In this document: positions 52,562 to 61,480 of the stretch, piece by piece
How positions within the stretch are numbered: position 1 is the stretch's first letter
How the letters are laid out: the number at the start of each line of letters is the position of its first letter
NCBI GenBank assembly: GCA_963751455.1
Contig: CAVVUN010000015.1
Coordinates: 480,001 to 544,000, forward strand
Length of the DNA: 64,000 nt
Origin: Nitrospirota bacterium
GTDB taxonomy: Bacteria; Nitrospirota; UBA9217
Direction: 5' to 3'
Translations under genes and position numbers: made by a program
The notes under the pieces: model-generated
Told to the model about the DNA's origin: nothing
What the model saw: the letters and a program-made list of their open reading frames with translations, nothing else
The model's database searches: none

Positions 52562-54739
52562 ATGTCTGACCTGCTTGTCGAAATAGCCGTCAATATCTCC
52601 GTTAACAAGACTTTTTATTACCGCGCTCCGGAACAGATGAAAGGCGTTCTTGTGCCCGGGGCCCGCGTACTTGTGCCCTTCGGCGCGAGGCGCATTGCCG
52701 GGACAGTGCTCGGCTTTCCGGACAAAACTGCTCAGATCGCTCTGAAGTCGGTGATCGAAATACTGGACGATCCTCTGCCTCCGGACCTCCTCCAACTTGC
52801 CCGATGGATGGCCGAATACTACCTGTACCCGCTCGGCCAGACCATCGAAGCCGTTGTGCCCAAAGCTCTTTCCCGCGCAAAACCCAAAAAGAAAAAGTAC
52901 CTGGAGCTTCTCTCCGGAGATCATGATCTCGAAGCCCTTCGGGGGCCGAAGCAGAGAGAGCTTCTCCTGCTCCTGTGCGATCGTCAGGTCATGAGCATGG
53001 AAGACCTGAAGGAGTTTTCTTCTGTCACGATCAAAAGCCTGTGCGCATTCAATATGGCCGCGGTCGTCGAGCGTGAAGTAGAAGAGCAACCGGAAACGGT
53101 TCCATTCACGCCGAGCCGGCCGCCCGAACTGATGCCTGCTCAGTCTGAAGCTGTGCGCCGGATCGACGAAGCTGTCCTCCGCGCAAAGTTCGGCGCTTTT
53201 TTGCTCCACGGCGTGACGGGCAGCGGCAAGACTGAAGTCTATCTTCATGCCATCAAACAGGCTTCCAACTCGGGCAAAGGCGCGATCGTGCTCGTCCCGG
53301 AGATCGCGCTGACGCCGCAGCTCCTGTCGCGCTTCAGGCAGCGCTTCGGCAGCCGGGTCGCCGTGCTGCACAGCGGCCTTTCGGACCGTGAGCGGGCGGG
53401 TGAATATCGCCGTATTCAGAGCGGCCAGGTAGACGTGGCCGTCGGCGCCCGCTCGGCCGTGTTTGCTCCCTTTAAAAATACGGGACTCATCATTGTCGAC
53501 GAGGAGCACGAAAATTCATATAAGCAGGATGAGGGTCTGCGCTATCACGCACGCGACGTCGCGGTCGTTCGGGCGAAGTTCAGCAGCGCCGTTGCCGTGC
53601 TCGGCTCCGCGACCCCGTCTCTCGAAAGCTGCTACAATGCCAGGAACGGCAAATACGAGTATCTCCGGCTTGCGGACCGCGTAGACCACCGGCCGATGCC
53701 AAGCGTGGGCATCGTGGATGTAAAACAGACCCACAAAGAATCCCTCTATACCCCGGCGCTGATTTCTGCCGTCGGACAGCGGCTCGAAAGAAACGAACAG
53801 GTCCTTCTTCTCCTGAATCGCCGCGGGTTCTCGTCGGTCCTCATCTGCCGGGAATGCGGCGCCGCCATAAAATGCCCGAGCTGCAGCGTCTCACTCACTT
53901 TTCATAAATCAGAACAAAAGCTGAAATGCCACTACTGCGGGTATCTGACCCGGCTTCCGGATAAATGCCCGGCCTGCCAGGGCATCGATCTGAAGCTTCT
54001 CGGATCCGGAACGCAGAAGATCGAGGAAGAGGTGCAGAAACTTTTTCCTGCAGCGCGCATGAAAAGAATGGACAGCGACTCGGTCAAGGGAAGGGATGCC
54101 TACGAACGCCTCCTTCAACAAGTAGACCGGCGGGAAGTCGACATTCTGCTGGGTACACAGATGGTCGCAAAGGGACATGATTTTCCGGCGGTGACTCTCG
54201 TCGGTGTGGTTGATGCGGACGTCGGACTGAATCTGCCCGACTTCCGGTCAGCGGAAAAAACGTTTCAGTTGATTACCCAGGCAGCTGGAAGGGCGGGAAG
54301 GGGAGAGCTCGCCGGCGAGGTGATCATCCAGACAATGAACCCGAATCATTATTCCATTCGGCACAGCAGGACGCACGATTATGACAGCTTCTACAACGAG
54401 GAGATCGTGTACCGGACCGAACTCGGATATCCCCCGATAGGAAGGATGATCAAACTTGAAATTAAAGGTCCGGACGAGGCGCAGGCAGCGGAAGCCGCGA
54501 AAACCGCGCAGAACCGGATCAGGACCCTTATGCGGGCAAACAAGGATACTGTTCTTCTCGGTCCTGCTCCCGCCCCAATTGCGCGCGTGCGGGGGCAATA
54601 CCGGTTCCAGCTGATTTTGATTTCCCGAAAGAGGGACATGATCAGGTTTCTCGCAATAGAGGGAAGGAACGCGGTCGAGGAGAAGTTCGGCAGGAAGTGT
54701 AAAGTTATCGTGGACGTGGATCCGGTGAACCTGATGTAA
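52562..54739 (+). CDS. priA: Primosomal protein N'
   Basis: GVTGSGKTEVY, VPEIALTPQ, DEEH, Cys-rich region, QAAGRAGR, DVDP. Confidence 0.97.
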   Translation: MSDLLVEIAVNISVNKTFYYRAPEQMKGVLVPGARVLVPFGARRIAGTVLGFPDKTAQIALKSVIEILDDPLPPDLLQLARWMAEYYLYPLGQTIEAVVPKALSRAKPKKKKYLELLSGDHDLEALRGPKQRELLLLLCDRQVMSMEDLKEFSSVTIKSLCAFNMAAVVEREVEEQPETVPFTPSRPPELMPAQSEAVRRIDEAVLRAKFGAFLLHGVTGSGKTEVYLHAIKQASNSGKGAIVLVPEIALTPQLLSRFRQRFGSRVAVLHSGLSDRERAGEYRRIQSGQVDVAVGARSAVFAPFKNTGLIIVDEEHENSYKQDEGLRYHARDVAVVRAKFSSAVAVLGSATPSLESCYNARNGKYEYLRLADRVDHRPMPSVGIVDVKQTHKESLYTPALISAVGQRLERNEQVLLLLNRRGFSSVLICRECGAAIKCPSCSVSLTFHKSEQKLKCHYCGYLTRLPDKCPACQGIDLKLLGSGTQKIEEEVQKLFPAARMKRMDSDSVKGRDAYERLLQQVDRREVDILLGTQMVAKGHDFPAVTLVGVVDADVGLNLPDFRSAEKTFQLITQAAGRAGRGELAGEVIIQTMNPNHYSIRHSRTHDYDSFYNEEIVYRTELGYPPIGRMIKLEIKGPDEAQAAEAAKTAQNRIRTLMRANKDTVLLGPAPAPIARVRGQYRFQLILISRKRDMIRFLAIEGRNAVEEKFGRKCKVIVDVDPVNLM

Positions 54740-54773
54740 GCCTTTTTTAAACTACTCAAGCAAAAAAGACATC

Positions 54774-55020
54774 TCGCGCAAAGCCGCGCCCTGCATTCGC
54801 GCGTTCGCAATTCTTAGACTCATTGTTGTACCATCTCGCTTAAAAACGCGAGACGGGAATCAAGGGTAAAGCATAGACCCATTATTGTACCATCTGCCTG
54901 AGAAACGACAGACGGGAATCAAGGGTCTCATAAACGCTGGGTGCAGGCAAAGTCGCAAAGAACTGCAAAACTGAGTTTCTAAATCTTAAACTATTTTTTG
55001 CCGTCTCTGCCTTTGCGCGA
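54774..55020. repeat. CGCAAAG/CTTTGCG repeat interrupted by a structured insert
   Basis: tcgcgcaaagccgc[insert]aaagtcgcaaag ... ctttgcgcga. Confidence 0.75.
54788..54948 (-). other. Structured repeat element / candidate ncRNA with two tandem 52-nt hairpin units
   Basis: Units at 54816-54867 and 54875-54926; ends GCCCTGCA/TGCAGGC; homologous segment at 60806. Confidence 0.6.
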
Positions 55021-55110
55021 AAACCGTTTTAATATCTTTTTGTGTCTGTTCAGGCATTATGTGTTTCTATGGGTGGGGTGCTGTGCGGTTCTACGATGCG
55101 GGATTAAAGC

Positions 55111-55134
55111 GGGCACCGGTTCGTCCGGTGCCCC
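55111..55134 (-). terminator. Hairpin after the small exported protein
   Basis: GGGCACCGG-TTCGT-CCGGTGCCC followed by GCTTT on the minus strand. Confidence 0.6.
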
Positions 55135-55141
55135 AGGATGA

Positions 55142-55402
55142 TTACTTGTAACCGCCGGCAGCGGGAGCAGCAGCGGGTGCCGCAGCAGGTGCAGCAGCAG
55201 GTGCAGCAGCTTTCTGCTCTTCCTTCTTAGCCTCTTCTTTCTTGGCCTGTTTCTTCTTGGAAGCTTTCTTCTTCTTTTTTACAGGGGCTTTCTCTTCCTT
55301 CTTCGCCTCATCAGACGCGGGTTTAGCAGCTTCTTGTGCAAACGCGAAACCCATGGTCATGGTGAAAATCAGCGAAATAGCCAACGCGAGAATCTTCTTC
55401 AT
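55142..55402 (-). CDS. Small exported Lys/Ala-rich low-complexity protein
   Basis: Signal peptide ending AFA, poly-Lys tract, AAPA repeats; GGAGG RBS upstream (start 55402 or 55411). Confidence 0.75.
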   Translation of the reverse strand: MKKILALAISLIFTMTMGFAFAQEAAKPASDEAKKEEKAPVKKKKKASKKKQAKKEEAKKEEQKAAAPAAAPAAAPAAAPAAGGYK

Positions 55403-55513
55403 CCTTTTCACCTCCTTTCAAGCAAAAATGATAATAATAAATGTTTATACTCTATCAAAGGCATAACCGCACGTCAAGCTCCGTCTAATCAATTTTTCCT
55501 GTAAAAACCGTCT

Positions 55514-57058
55514 TCAATGCCCGGCAGGCGGACCGCTCGCACCCGTCTCGGCCCGCTGCATAATAAACACGAGCGGGAGCATGCAGAGGATCATCAGGCA
55601 GATGATAAGGAATGCATCGGAGAAGGCGAGCGTAGTGGATTGCCGAACGAGTTCCCGGTACATTAGTCCGTCCGCGGCATTCGTGGGCAAGCCCTTTGCC
55701 GCAAGGGCTGATGCCAGATTGTCCCGGTAAAGCGAATAGCCCGGGTCGAACGGAGACAGGTGCTCGACGAGGCGCGTCTGATGGAACTGCGCCCGGCGCG
55801 CGAGCACCGTCGTTGTGAAGGCTATGCCTACGCTCCCTCCAAGGTTTCGAAGCAGGTTGTACAAGGAGGTCGCCTCTGTCATCTGCTCCCTCGGAATGTG
55901 CGACAGCGTGAGGGTCGTGAGGGGGATGAATGTCATTCCCATGCCGAACCCGAGGAATACCCGCGGCCATACGAACGTCCAGAAATCGGTGGTCAGGTTG
56001 AACCTGGACATGAGATATGTGCTGAGCGCGCAGAGACTGATGCCGAAGACCAGGAAGCGCTTCGGGTTCACTTTCCCCACGAATTTGCCGACGATGGGCA
56101 TCGCGAATATTGTGGCGATACCGCCCGGGCCGAGCACCAGCCCCGCATAATATGACGTATAACCCATCAGGTTCTGAAGGAATATAGGCAGGAGCACAAT
56201 GCTGCCGAAGAGGTTCAGGAAAACGAAGAACATGACCGTTGCGCCGCTTGTGAATGTCCGGTCCTTGAACAGCCTCAGGTTTACAATCGGGTGCTCCGAA
56301 TACATCTCGTTGATCACCAGAAGAACCAGTGCAACGACCGCGATCACCGAGAAGATTACAATCAGATCCGATTCGAACCAGGCCTCGCTCTCGCCTTTGT
56401 CGAGAAGAAACTGAAGCGAGCCGAGCCCGACGGCAAGGAGCAGCAGACCGGAATAGTCTATTTTCATTTTCTGCCGTTTCATGTAAGGGGGGTCCTGGAT
56501 GACGATGATGTTCATGATGATCGAGAGTATACCGATAGGGATATTGATATAGAAGATCCAGCGCCAGGACCAGTTGTCCGTTATCCATCCGCCGAGCAGC
56601 GGTCCCACGATCGGGCCGAGCATGGCCCCCAGGCCGAAGATTGCCATGGCTTGGCCGTGCTTCTCCCTCGGAAATGACTCGAGCAGGATGGACTGGCTTA
56701 TCGGAACGAGGCCGCCTCCTCCCAGGCCCTGCACTACCCTGAAAAAGACCAGGCTGCTCAGGTTCCAGGCCGAGCCGCACATGAACGAACTGATGGTAAA
56801 CAAGGCGATCGAGGCGATCTGGTAGTTTTTCCTTCCCATAAGACGGGCAAGCCAGCCTGCCATTGGAATGACGACCGCGTTCGATACCAGATACGCCGTG
56901 ATGGTCCAGGTGGCCTCATCCATCCCGGCAGACAACGAGCCCCTGATGTGGTTCAGCGAGACATTAACGATCGAGGTATCGATGATCTCGATCAGAGTAG
57001 GGAGCATGACGGTAAAGGCGATAAGGCCGCGGCTGGTAGTCTTGTGCTGCAGGGTCAT
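55514..57058 (-). CDS. emrB: DHA2 multidrug efflux MFS permease (EmrB-like)
   Basis: DTSIVNV, WTITAYL, FRVVQG, WRWIFYINIP, RNLGGS. Confidence 0.92.
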   Translation of the reverse strand: MTLQHKTTSRGLIAFTVMLPTLIEIIDTSIVNVSLNHIRGSLSAGMDEATWTITAYLVSNAVVIPMAGWLARLMGRKNYQIASIALFTISSFMCGSAWNLSSLVFFRVVQGLGGGGLVPISQSILLESFPREKHGQAMAIFGLGAMLGPIVGPLLGGWITDNWSWRWIFYINIPIGILSIIMNIIVIQDPPYMKRQKMKIDYSGLLLLAVGLGSLQFLLDKGESEAWFESDLIVIFSVIAVVALVLLVINEMYSEHPIVNLRLFKDRTFTSGATVMFFVFLNLFGSIVLLPIFLQNLMGYTSYYAGLVLGPGGIATIFAMPIVGKFVGKVNPKRFLVFGISLCALSTYLMSRFNLTTDFWTFVWPRVFLGFGMGMTFIPLTTLTLSHIPREQMTEATSLYNLLRNLGGSVGIAFTTTVLARRAQFHQTRLVEHLSPFDPGYSLYRDNLASALAAKGLPTNAADGLMYRELVRQSTTLAFSDAFLIICLMILCMLPLVFIMQRAETGASGPPAGH

Positions 57059-57945
57059 CGGGCAAGCACCGTCGGTTCCACCGACATGCCGACCTTCAGA
57101 ACGTGGTCCTTGTCCGCTCCCGCTTCCAGCACAATTTTGACCGGGACCCGCTGTACTACCTTCACGTAATTGCCGGTCGCATTTTCGGGCGGAAAAAGCG
57201 AGAAGGACGCTCCTGTACCGGCCATGATACTGTCCACTTTTCCTGTGAAGACTTTGCCGGGATATGCGTCCACCCTGATCTTTACTTGCTGCCCCGGCCG
57301 GATGCGTGCGAGCTCGGTTTCCTTGTAATTTGCAACGACGTAAATGTTTTCAAGCTCCACCACAGCCATAAGAGGCTGCCCTGTCTGCACCTGGTTGCCG
57401 GTCTGAACGGATTTGCGCGTGACATAGCCGTTGGAAGGAGCCGGAACAATAGTATAGCCAAGGTTGAGATTGGCCTGCCGGAGCTGCTCCTCGGCCAGCT
57501 TCACCTGGGCGGCGGCGACATCCCGGGAAGAGACAGCCTTGTCATACCGGTCTGCAGAGTTCGCGTCCTGCTCGAACAGCGCCTTCGCCCGCTTCAGGTC
57601 CTTTTCGGCCTGACGGAGGTTCGCACGCTGGAGTTCAAAGTTCGCACGGGCGGCTTCGGCGCGCGACCGGTAATCCACTTGATCGAGTTCGACCAGTATA
57701 TCTCCCTTCTTGACCGGCTGGTTGTCCTCCGCGCGAACGGTCTTGACATTGCCGCTGACCCTTGCAGAGATCGTATGAATGTTGCCCTCGATGAAGGCAT
57801 CGTCCGTGGACACGTGCGTCCTCCGGTATTGTGAATAAAAAAAGGCGGTGATCAGGCCCATGAGAACAACGATTCCGACGATTAAAAAGGCTTTTTTCTT
57901 TTTCTTTCCGTTGCTGCCGTCAGTTGCTTGCTGCTGTTCCGCCAT
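57055..57945 (-). CDS. emrA: HlyD/EmrA family membrane fusion protein
   Basis: STDDA, ANYKET, FSLFPPENATGNYVKVVQRVPV. Confidence 0.93.
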   Translation of the reverse strand: MAEQQQATDGSNGKKKKKAFLIVGIVVLMGLITAFFYSQYRRTHVSTDDAFIEGNIHTISARVSGNVKTVRAEDNQPVKKGDILVELDQVDYRSRAEAARANFELQRANLRQAEKDLKRAKALFEQDANSADRYDKAVSSRDVAAAQVKLAEEQLRQANLNLGYTIVPAPSNGYVTRKSVQTGNQVQTGQPLMAVVELENIYVVANYKETELARIRPGQQVKIRVDAYPGKVFTGKVDSIMAGTGASFSLFPPENATGNYVKVVQRVPVKIVLEAGADKDHVLKVGMSVEPTVLAR

Positions 57946-57987
57946 TCCATTCTCCTATCAGCTATAGCTGTCATCTGACAACCTGGA

Positions 57988-59274
57988 TCATTTGGCATAC
58001 GTGCGCGTCAGGTCCTTGCCGGCCGCGTTTAAAAATGAAGCTTCAGCCCGTTCAAATCCATAGAGTGCTTTCCACGAATTCGTCTCCGCCGTACTAAGGA
58101 GGGTTACCGCATCCAGTACTTCTGTCGCGGTGCCGACGCCCTCCTGGAACCGCAGCCGCTGCAGACGGAGATTTTCCTCCGCCTGCGCCATCGCCGTCCT
58201 GGCAACCTCAATTTTCCGGCCGGAGCTCTGCAGTTCCAGATACGCGCCCTTGACCTCAAGCCGAATGGCGTCAAGCATCTTTTCACGGGACAGCTTGAGC
58301 GACCGGAGCTCGCTTCTCGCAATGCCGACCCTGGAACTGCTCGCTCCGCCGGACAGCAGGTTCAGATTTATTCCTGCTATGACCGACCAGTTGTCCTGAT
58401 GGACCAGGTATCTGTTTTCGAGATTTTCGTAGCCCCCGGAAACGTAAAAGGTGGGCATGTATTCGGCCTGCGCCGCTTTCACGTTTTCTTCTTTCGCGGC
58501 GATCACTGCATCCAGTTGCTGAAGCACCGGGCGCGCAGCCTCAGCGCTTGCCCATGCTTCTTCGAGTGTAAGCCCTGCTGAGGGTCTTATGCCGATTTCT
58601 TCCGCCTGTACTTGTTCATTGAGGGGCCTGAGCAGGAGACTGTTTATCTGCGACGCCCTGAGAGACACCATGTTCTCCGCGGTCAAAAAGCGCTGGCGGG
58701 AATCGGCCAGCGTAACATCCGCCTGCAACACCTCGCTTTTTGTGATTATTCCGGCATGATACCGCGCTTCAGCGTCTTTTTTGTGCGCCTCGTAGCGCTG
58801 CACTTCCTTGCCTCCGACCTGCAGCAGTTTATCGGATTCGAGGAGCGCCAGATATGCCGTCACAAATTCGAGTGCGGCCCTGCTTCTCGTACCCCGGGTT
58901 TCAAACTCGCGGGCTCTCACTCCGTGTTCTGCGGCGCTGACCGATGCCGAGGTCCTCCCGAAATCATAGAGAACCTGATTGGCGCGCACCCCGTAGGTCA
59001 GGAACCGGTCCTGGGAAGTGGAAAACGAGCCGAAGGGCGCCTTCGCGGCAGGCTGGTATCTCAGCCATGTTTCGCGCCCGTACAAATCAACCGACGGCAG
59101 CCGGGGTGAGCGCGCCAACGAAACAGCGCTTCGCGCTGCCTCCTCGTCAGACTCTGCAATTTTGATATCCCGCCCGCTCTCGGTGACGATTTTGAGCCCC
59201 TCCTGGAGGGTCAGTGCCGGGCTTTGAGAGGGAAGGAGCAATAGAAAGAGAAAAAGCAATTCGGATCGTTTCAT
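57988..59274 (-). CDS. TolC family outer membrane efflux protein
   Basis: Signal peptide, LYDFG, AEYMP, duplicated RY.AG/RF.EG repeats; GAGG RBS. Confidence 0.9.
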   Translation of the reverse strand: MKRSELLFLFLLLLPSQSPALTLQEGLKIVTESGRDIKIAESDEEAARSAVSLARSPRLPSVDLYGRETWLRYQPAAKAPFGSFSTSQDRFLTYGVRANQVLYDFGRTSASVSAAEHGVRAREFETRGTRSRAALEFVTAYLALLESDKLLQVGGKEVQRYEAHKKDAEARYHAGIITKSEVLQADVTLADSRQRFLTAENMVSLRASQINSLLLRPLNEQVQAEEIGIRPSAGLTLEEAWASAEAARPVLQQLDAVIAAKEENVKAAQAEYMPTFYVSGGYENLENRYLVHQDNWSVIAGINLNLLSGGASSSRVGIARSELRSLKLSREKMLDAIRLEVKGAYLELQSSGRKIEVARTAMAQAEENLRLQRLRFQEGVGTATEVLDAVTLLSTAETNSWKALYGFERAEASFLNAAGKDLTRTYAK

Positions 59275-59439
59275 CGCACACCTCGAGGGCTTCGCAAAAT
59301 GTAAGTAGGCGCTATAATACATGAAAAATAGAGAAAAGGAAAGGTTCGCCGGCCATGTTATGCAGGCAGTTTCGGTACTTTTTTTCTTCGCCCGACTTGC
59401 TGCAGGGTTTATAATAGTTGAAGAGAGGAAGTTAACAAA

Positions 59440-60363
59440 ATGCCGCACGTTATTTCCGCAAGCAGAAGGACCGATATCCCGGCTTTTTATTCTGAGTGGT
59501 TTCTGAACCGGCTGAAGGCCGGGTTTGTCTATGTACAGCAGCCCTATAACGGAAAGATGCGGCGTGTATCATTGGATCCTGATGATGTAAGCGCCATATT
59601 TTTCTGCTCAAAAAATTACCGGCCGCTTTTGGGTAAACTTGAAGAGATCGAGCGAACCACACCGAACCTTTTCTTTCACTATACGATAACAGCGAACAGG
59701 GAACTTGAGTTCAATACGCCCGACTACCGGGAGGCAATTCGGGATTATATCTACATTGCGGAACGCTACTCGCAGGACCACATCATCTGGCGGTATGACC
59801 CCATCTGCATAACCGACAAGCTTTCCCTGGAAGTGCATGAGGAGCGTTTTGTGCGCTGCGCCGAGCTTCTCAAAGGACATGTTAAACGCTGCATTATCAG
59901 TTTTGTTTACCCGTATAAAAAAGTGATTTCGAATATGAAGAAGTATACCGACCATGCAATACTTGATCTATCCACGGAAGTAAAAAGAGCATATGCAGAC
60001 CGTCTCGCAATGAAAGCACGCTCCTTCGGTGTTCAGCTTTATGCCTGCTGTAATGATTATCTGCTTTCGGACAATGTGTTTAAGGGAAGCTGCATAGACG
60101 GACAGTACCTGACAAGGCTGTTCAAGGCGCCGATCGATACCAGGACGGCAGCCTCACGGAAAGAGTGTGGTTGTACAAAAAGCGTGGATATCGGGGCATA
60201 CGACACCTGCGCCCATGAATGCATTTATTGCTACGCAACGATGGACAAAAATAAATCGAGGTCCGTTCAGCAGATGCATCACCCGAAATGGAATTCGCTC
60301 AGGAGCAACGTCCCTGAAAGCGTGGCGGAACAGGCCGGTGAAGCGCAGATGCAGCTCTTGTAA
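59440..60363 (+). CDS. DUF1848 family protein
   Basis: ISASRRTDIPAFY, WRYDPI, CGC...DIG.YDTC.H.C.YCYA. Confidence 0.92.
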   Translation: MPHVISASRRTDIPAFYSEWFLNRLKAGFVYVQQPYNGKMRRVSLDPDDVSAIFFCSKNYRPLLGKLEEIERTTPNLFFHYTITANRELEFNTPDYREAIRDYIYIAERYSQDHIIWRYDPICITDKLSLEVHEERFVRCAELLKGHVKRCIISFVYPYKKVISNMKKYTDHAILDLSTEVKRAYADRLAMKARSFGVQLYACCNDYLLSDNVFKGSCIDGQYLTRLFKAPIDTRTAASRKECGCTKSVDIGAYDTCAHECIYCYATMDKNKSRSVQQMHHPKWNSLRSNVPESVAEQAGEAQMQLL

Positions 60364-60677
60364 TTTGCACCGGAAAAGAATTAATTGATATCAGCCACGG
60401 ATACACACGGATGAACACGGATAAAAGGAAAGGGCGGCCGGTCTGGTGAGTATTTAGCCCCGAAAAGAGATCTTTTCCTCCGCGCCCTCGCCGACCGCGC
60501 TTTTTGAAAAGCCTTAAACCAAAGGACCTGCCCCGCGAGCACAGCCTGCATTCGTACTTCGTCATGATCCTTTTCTTTTTCTGCACCGCCGTTCTCATCG
60601 CCGCGCAGACATGCCAGAATGTCTTCTGTTTAACTTAGCATGCAGTATAGCCGCCCATTGCGCTGAGCTTCGCACGC

Positions 60678-60870
60678 GCCTGCATGAGTTGTGGTTTACC
60701 GCCTCGATTCCCGGTCATGTAAAGCGCGGACGCTGCTCACGGGATGCAGGGCCTATTTGGACAAGCGGGTCAAAAGCAATACAATAAGTTCTAAATCCGC
60801 ATTTCGCCTGCGCCCAGCGTTTATGAGGCCCTTAATTCCCGTCACGAGTCGAACTTCTTGGCATGACGTT
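60678..60870 (+). other. Two further members of the GCCTGC...GATTCCCG structured repeat family
   Basis: 60678-60752 GCCTGCA...TGCAGGGC; 60806-60843 is 35/38 identical to the reverse complement of 54911-54948. Confidence 0.6.
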
Positions 60871-60898
60871 CAAGATCTTGTTTTTGCAGAAAGGGAAC

Positions 60899-60923
60899 AA
60901 AAAAGGCCCGGCATGCCGGGCCT
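60899..60923 (-). terminator. Intrinsic terminator of csp
   Basis: AGGCCCGGC-AT-GCCGGGCC followed by a T run on the minus strand. Confidence 0.7.
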
Positions 60924-60941
60924 CGATAGTGAAGGGTGAGA

Positions 60942-61145
60942 TTACATCTTTGTTACATGAGCGGCTTTGGGACCTTTCGGGCTGTCAACTACTTCAAACG
61001 TAACTTCTTCGCCTTCAGAGAGCGTTTTGTAGCCTTCGCCCTCGATTTCGCTGAAGTGCACGAAGACGTCTCCCCCGTCTTCTTTGGCAATGAAGCCAAA
61101 ACCTTTAGCCTCATTAAACCATTTTACTTTTCCTCGTGTTGCCAT
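60942..61145 (-). CDS. csp: Cold-shock protein
   Basis: GKVKWFN..KGFGFI, DVFVHFS; AAGGAGG RBS. Confidence 0.97.
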   Translation of the reverse strand: MATRGKVKWFNEAKGFGFIAKEDGGDVFVHFSEIEGEGYKTLSEGEEVTFEVVDSPKGPKAAHVTKM

Positions 61146-61169
61146 GGGTTACCTCCTTCCGCTAAATAA

Positions 61170-61227
61170 AGCCCCCTCTCCCTTTTTCCCTCTCCCTCCA
61201 GGGGAGAGGGGCAGGGGTGAGGGAGCT
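61170..61227. repeat. CCCTCTCCC/GGGAGAGGG palindromic element in the csp 5' leader
   Basis: ccctctccctccaggggagaggggcaggggtgaggg. Confidence 0.7.
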
Positions 61228-61480
61228 CATATATCGAAGAATAGGAAGACGTCGCAAAAAAAGCCTCGAAGCTTAAGTCTCCGGGGCTTTATACGGCAAA
61301 AACTGACTTCCAACTTCTATAAAATAATCCCACATCGGCGTCACAAAATCAAGAAGATTTATAGGGCATTCGCAGGCTTCCGGTTGATATTGACAAGTTA
61401 ATAATAAAGTCTTAAATTAAGATTTCAAGCTTGAGTGATGAGTCATCGCAAGAATCGACAAACTATCGAGGCTGAGTAAA

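Noticed and set aside
54816-54926. Possible mini-CRISPR array
   Set aside because: Only two 52-nt units separated by 7 nt; the variable part is a covarying stem, not a spacer; no cas genes
60299-60598. 99-aa basic minus-strand ORF
   Set aside because: Reads through a nonamer repeat (SVFIRVYPWL), overlaps the DUF1848 3' end and has no clear RBS; a short real peptide cannot be excluded
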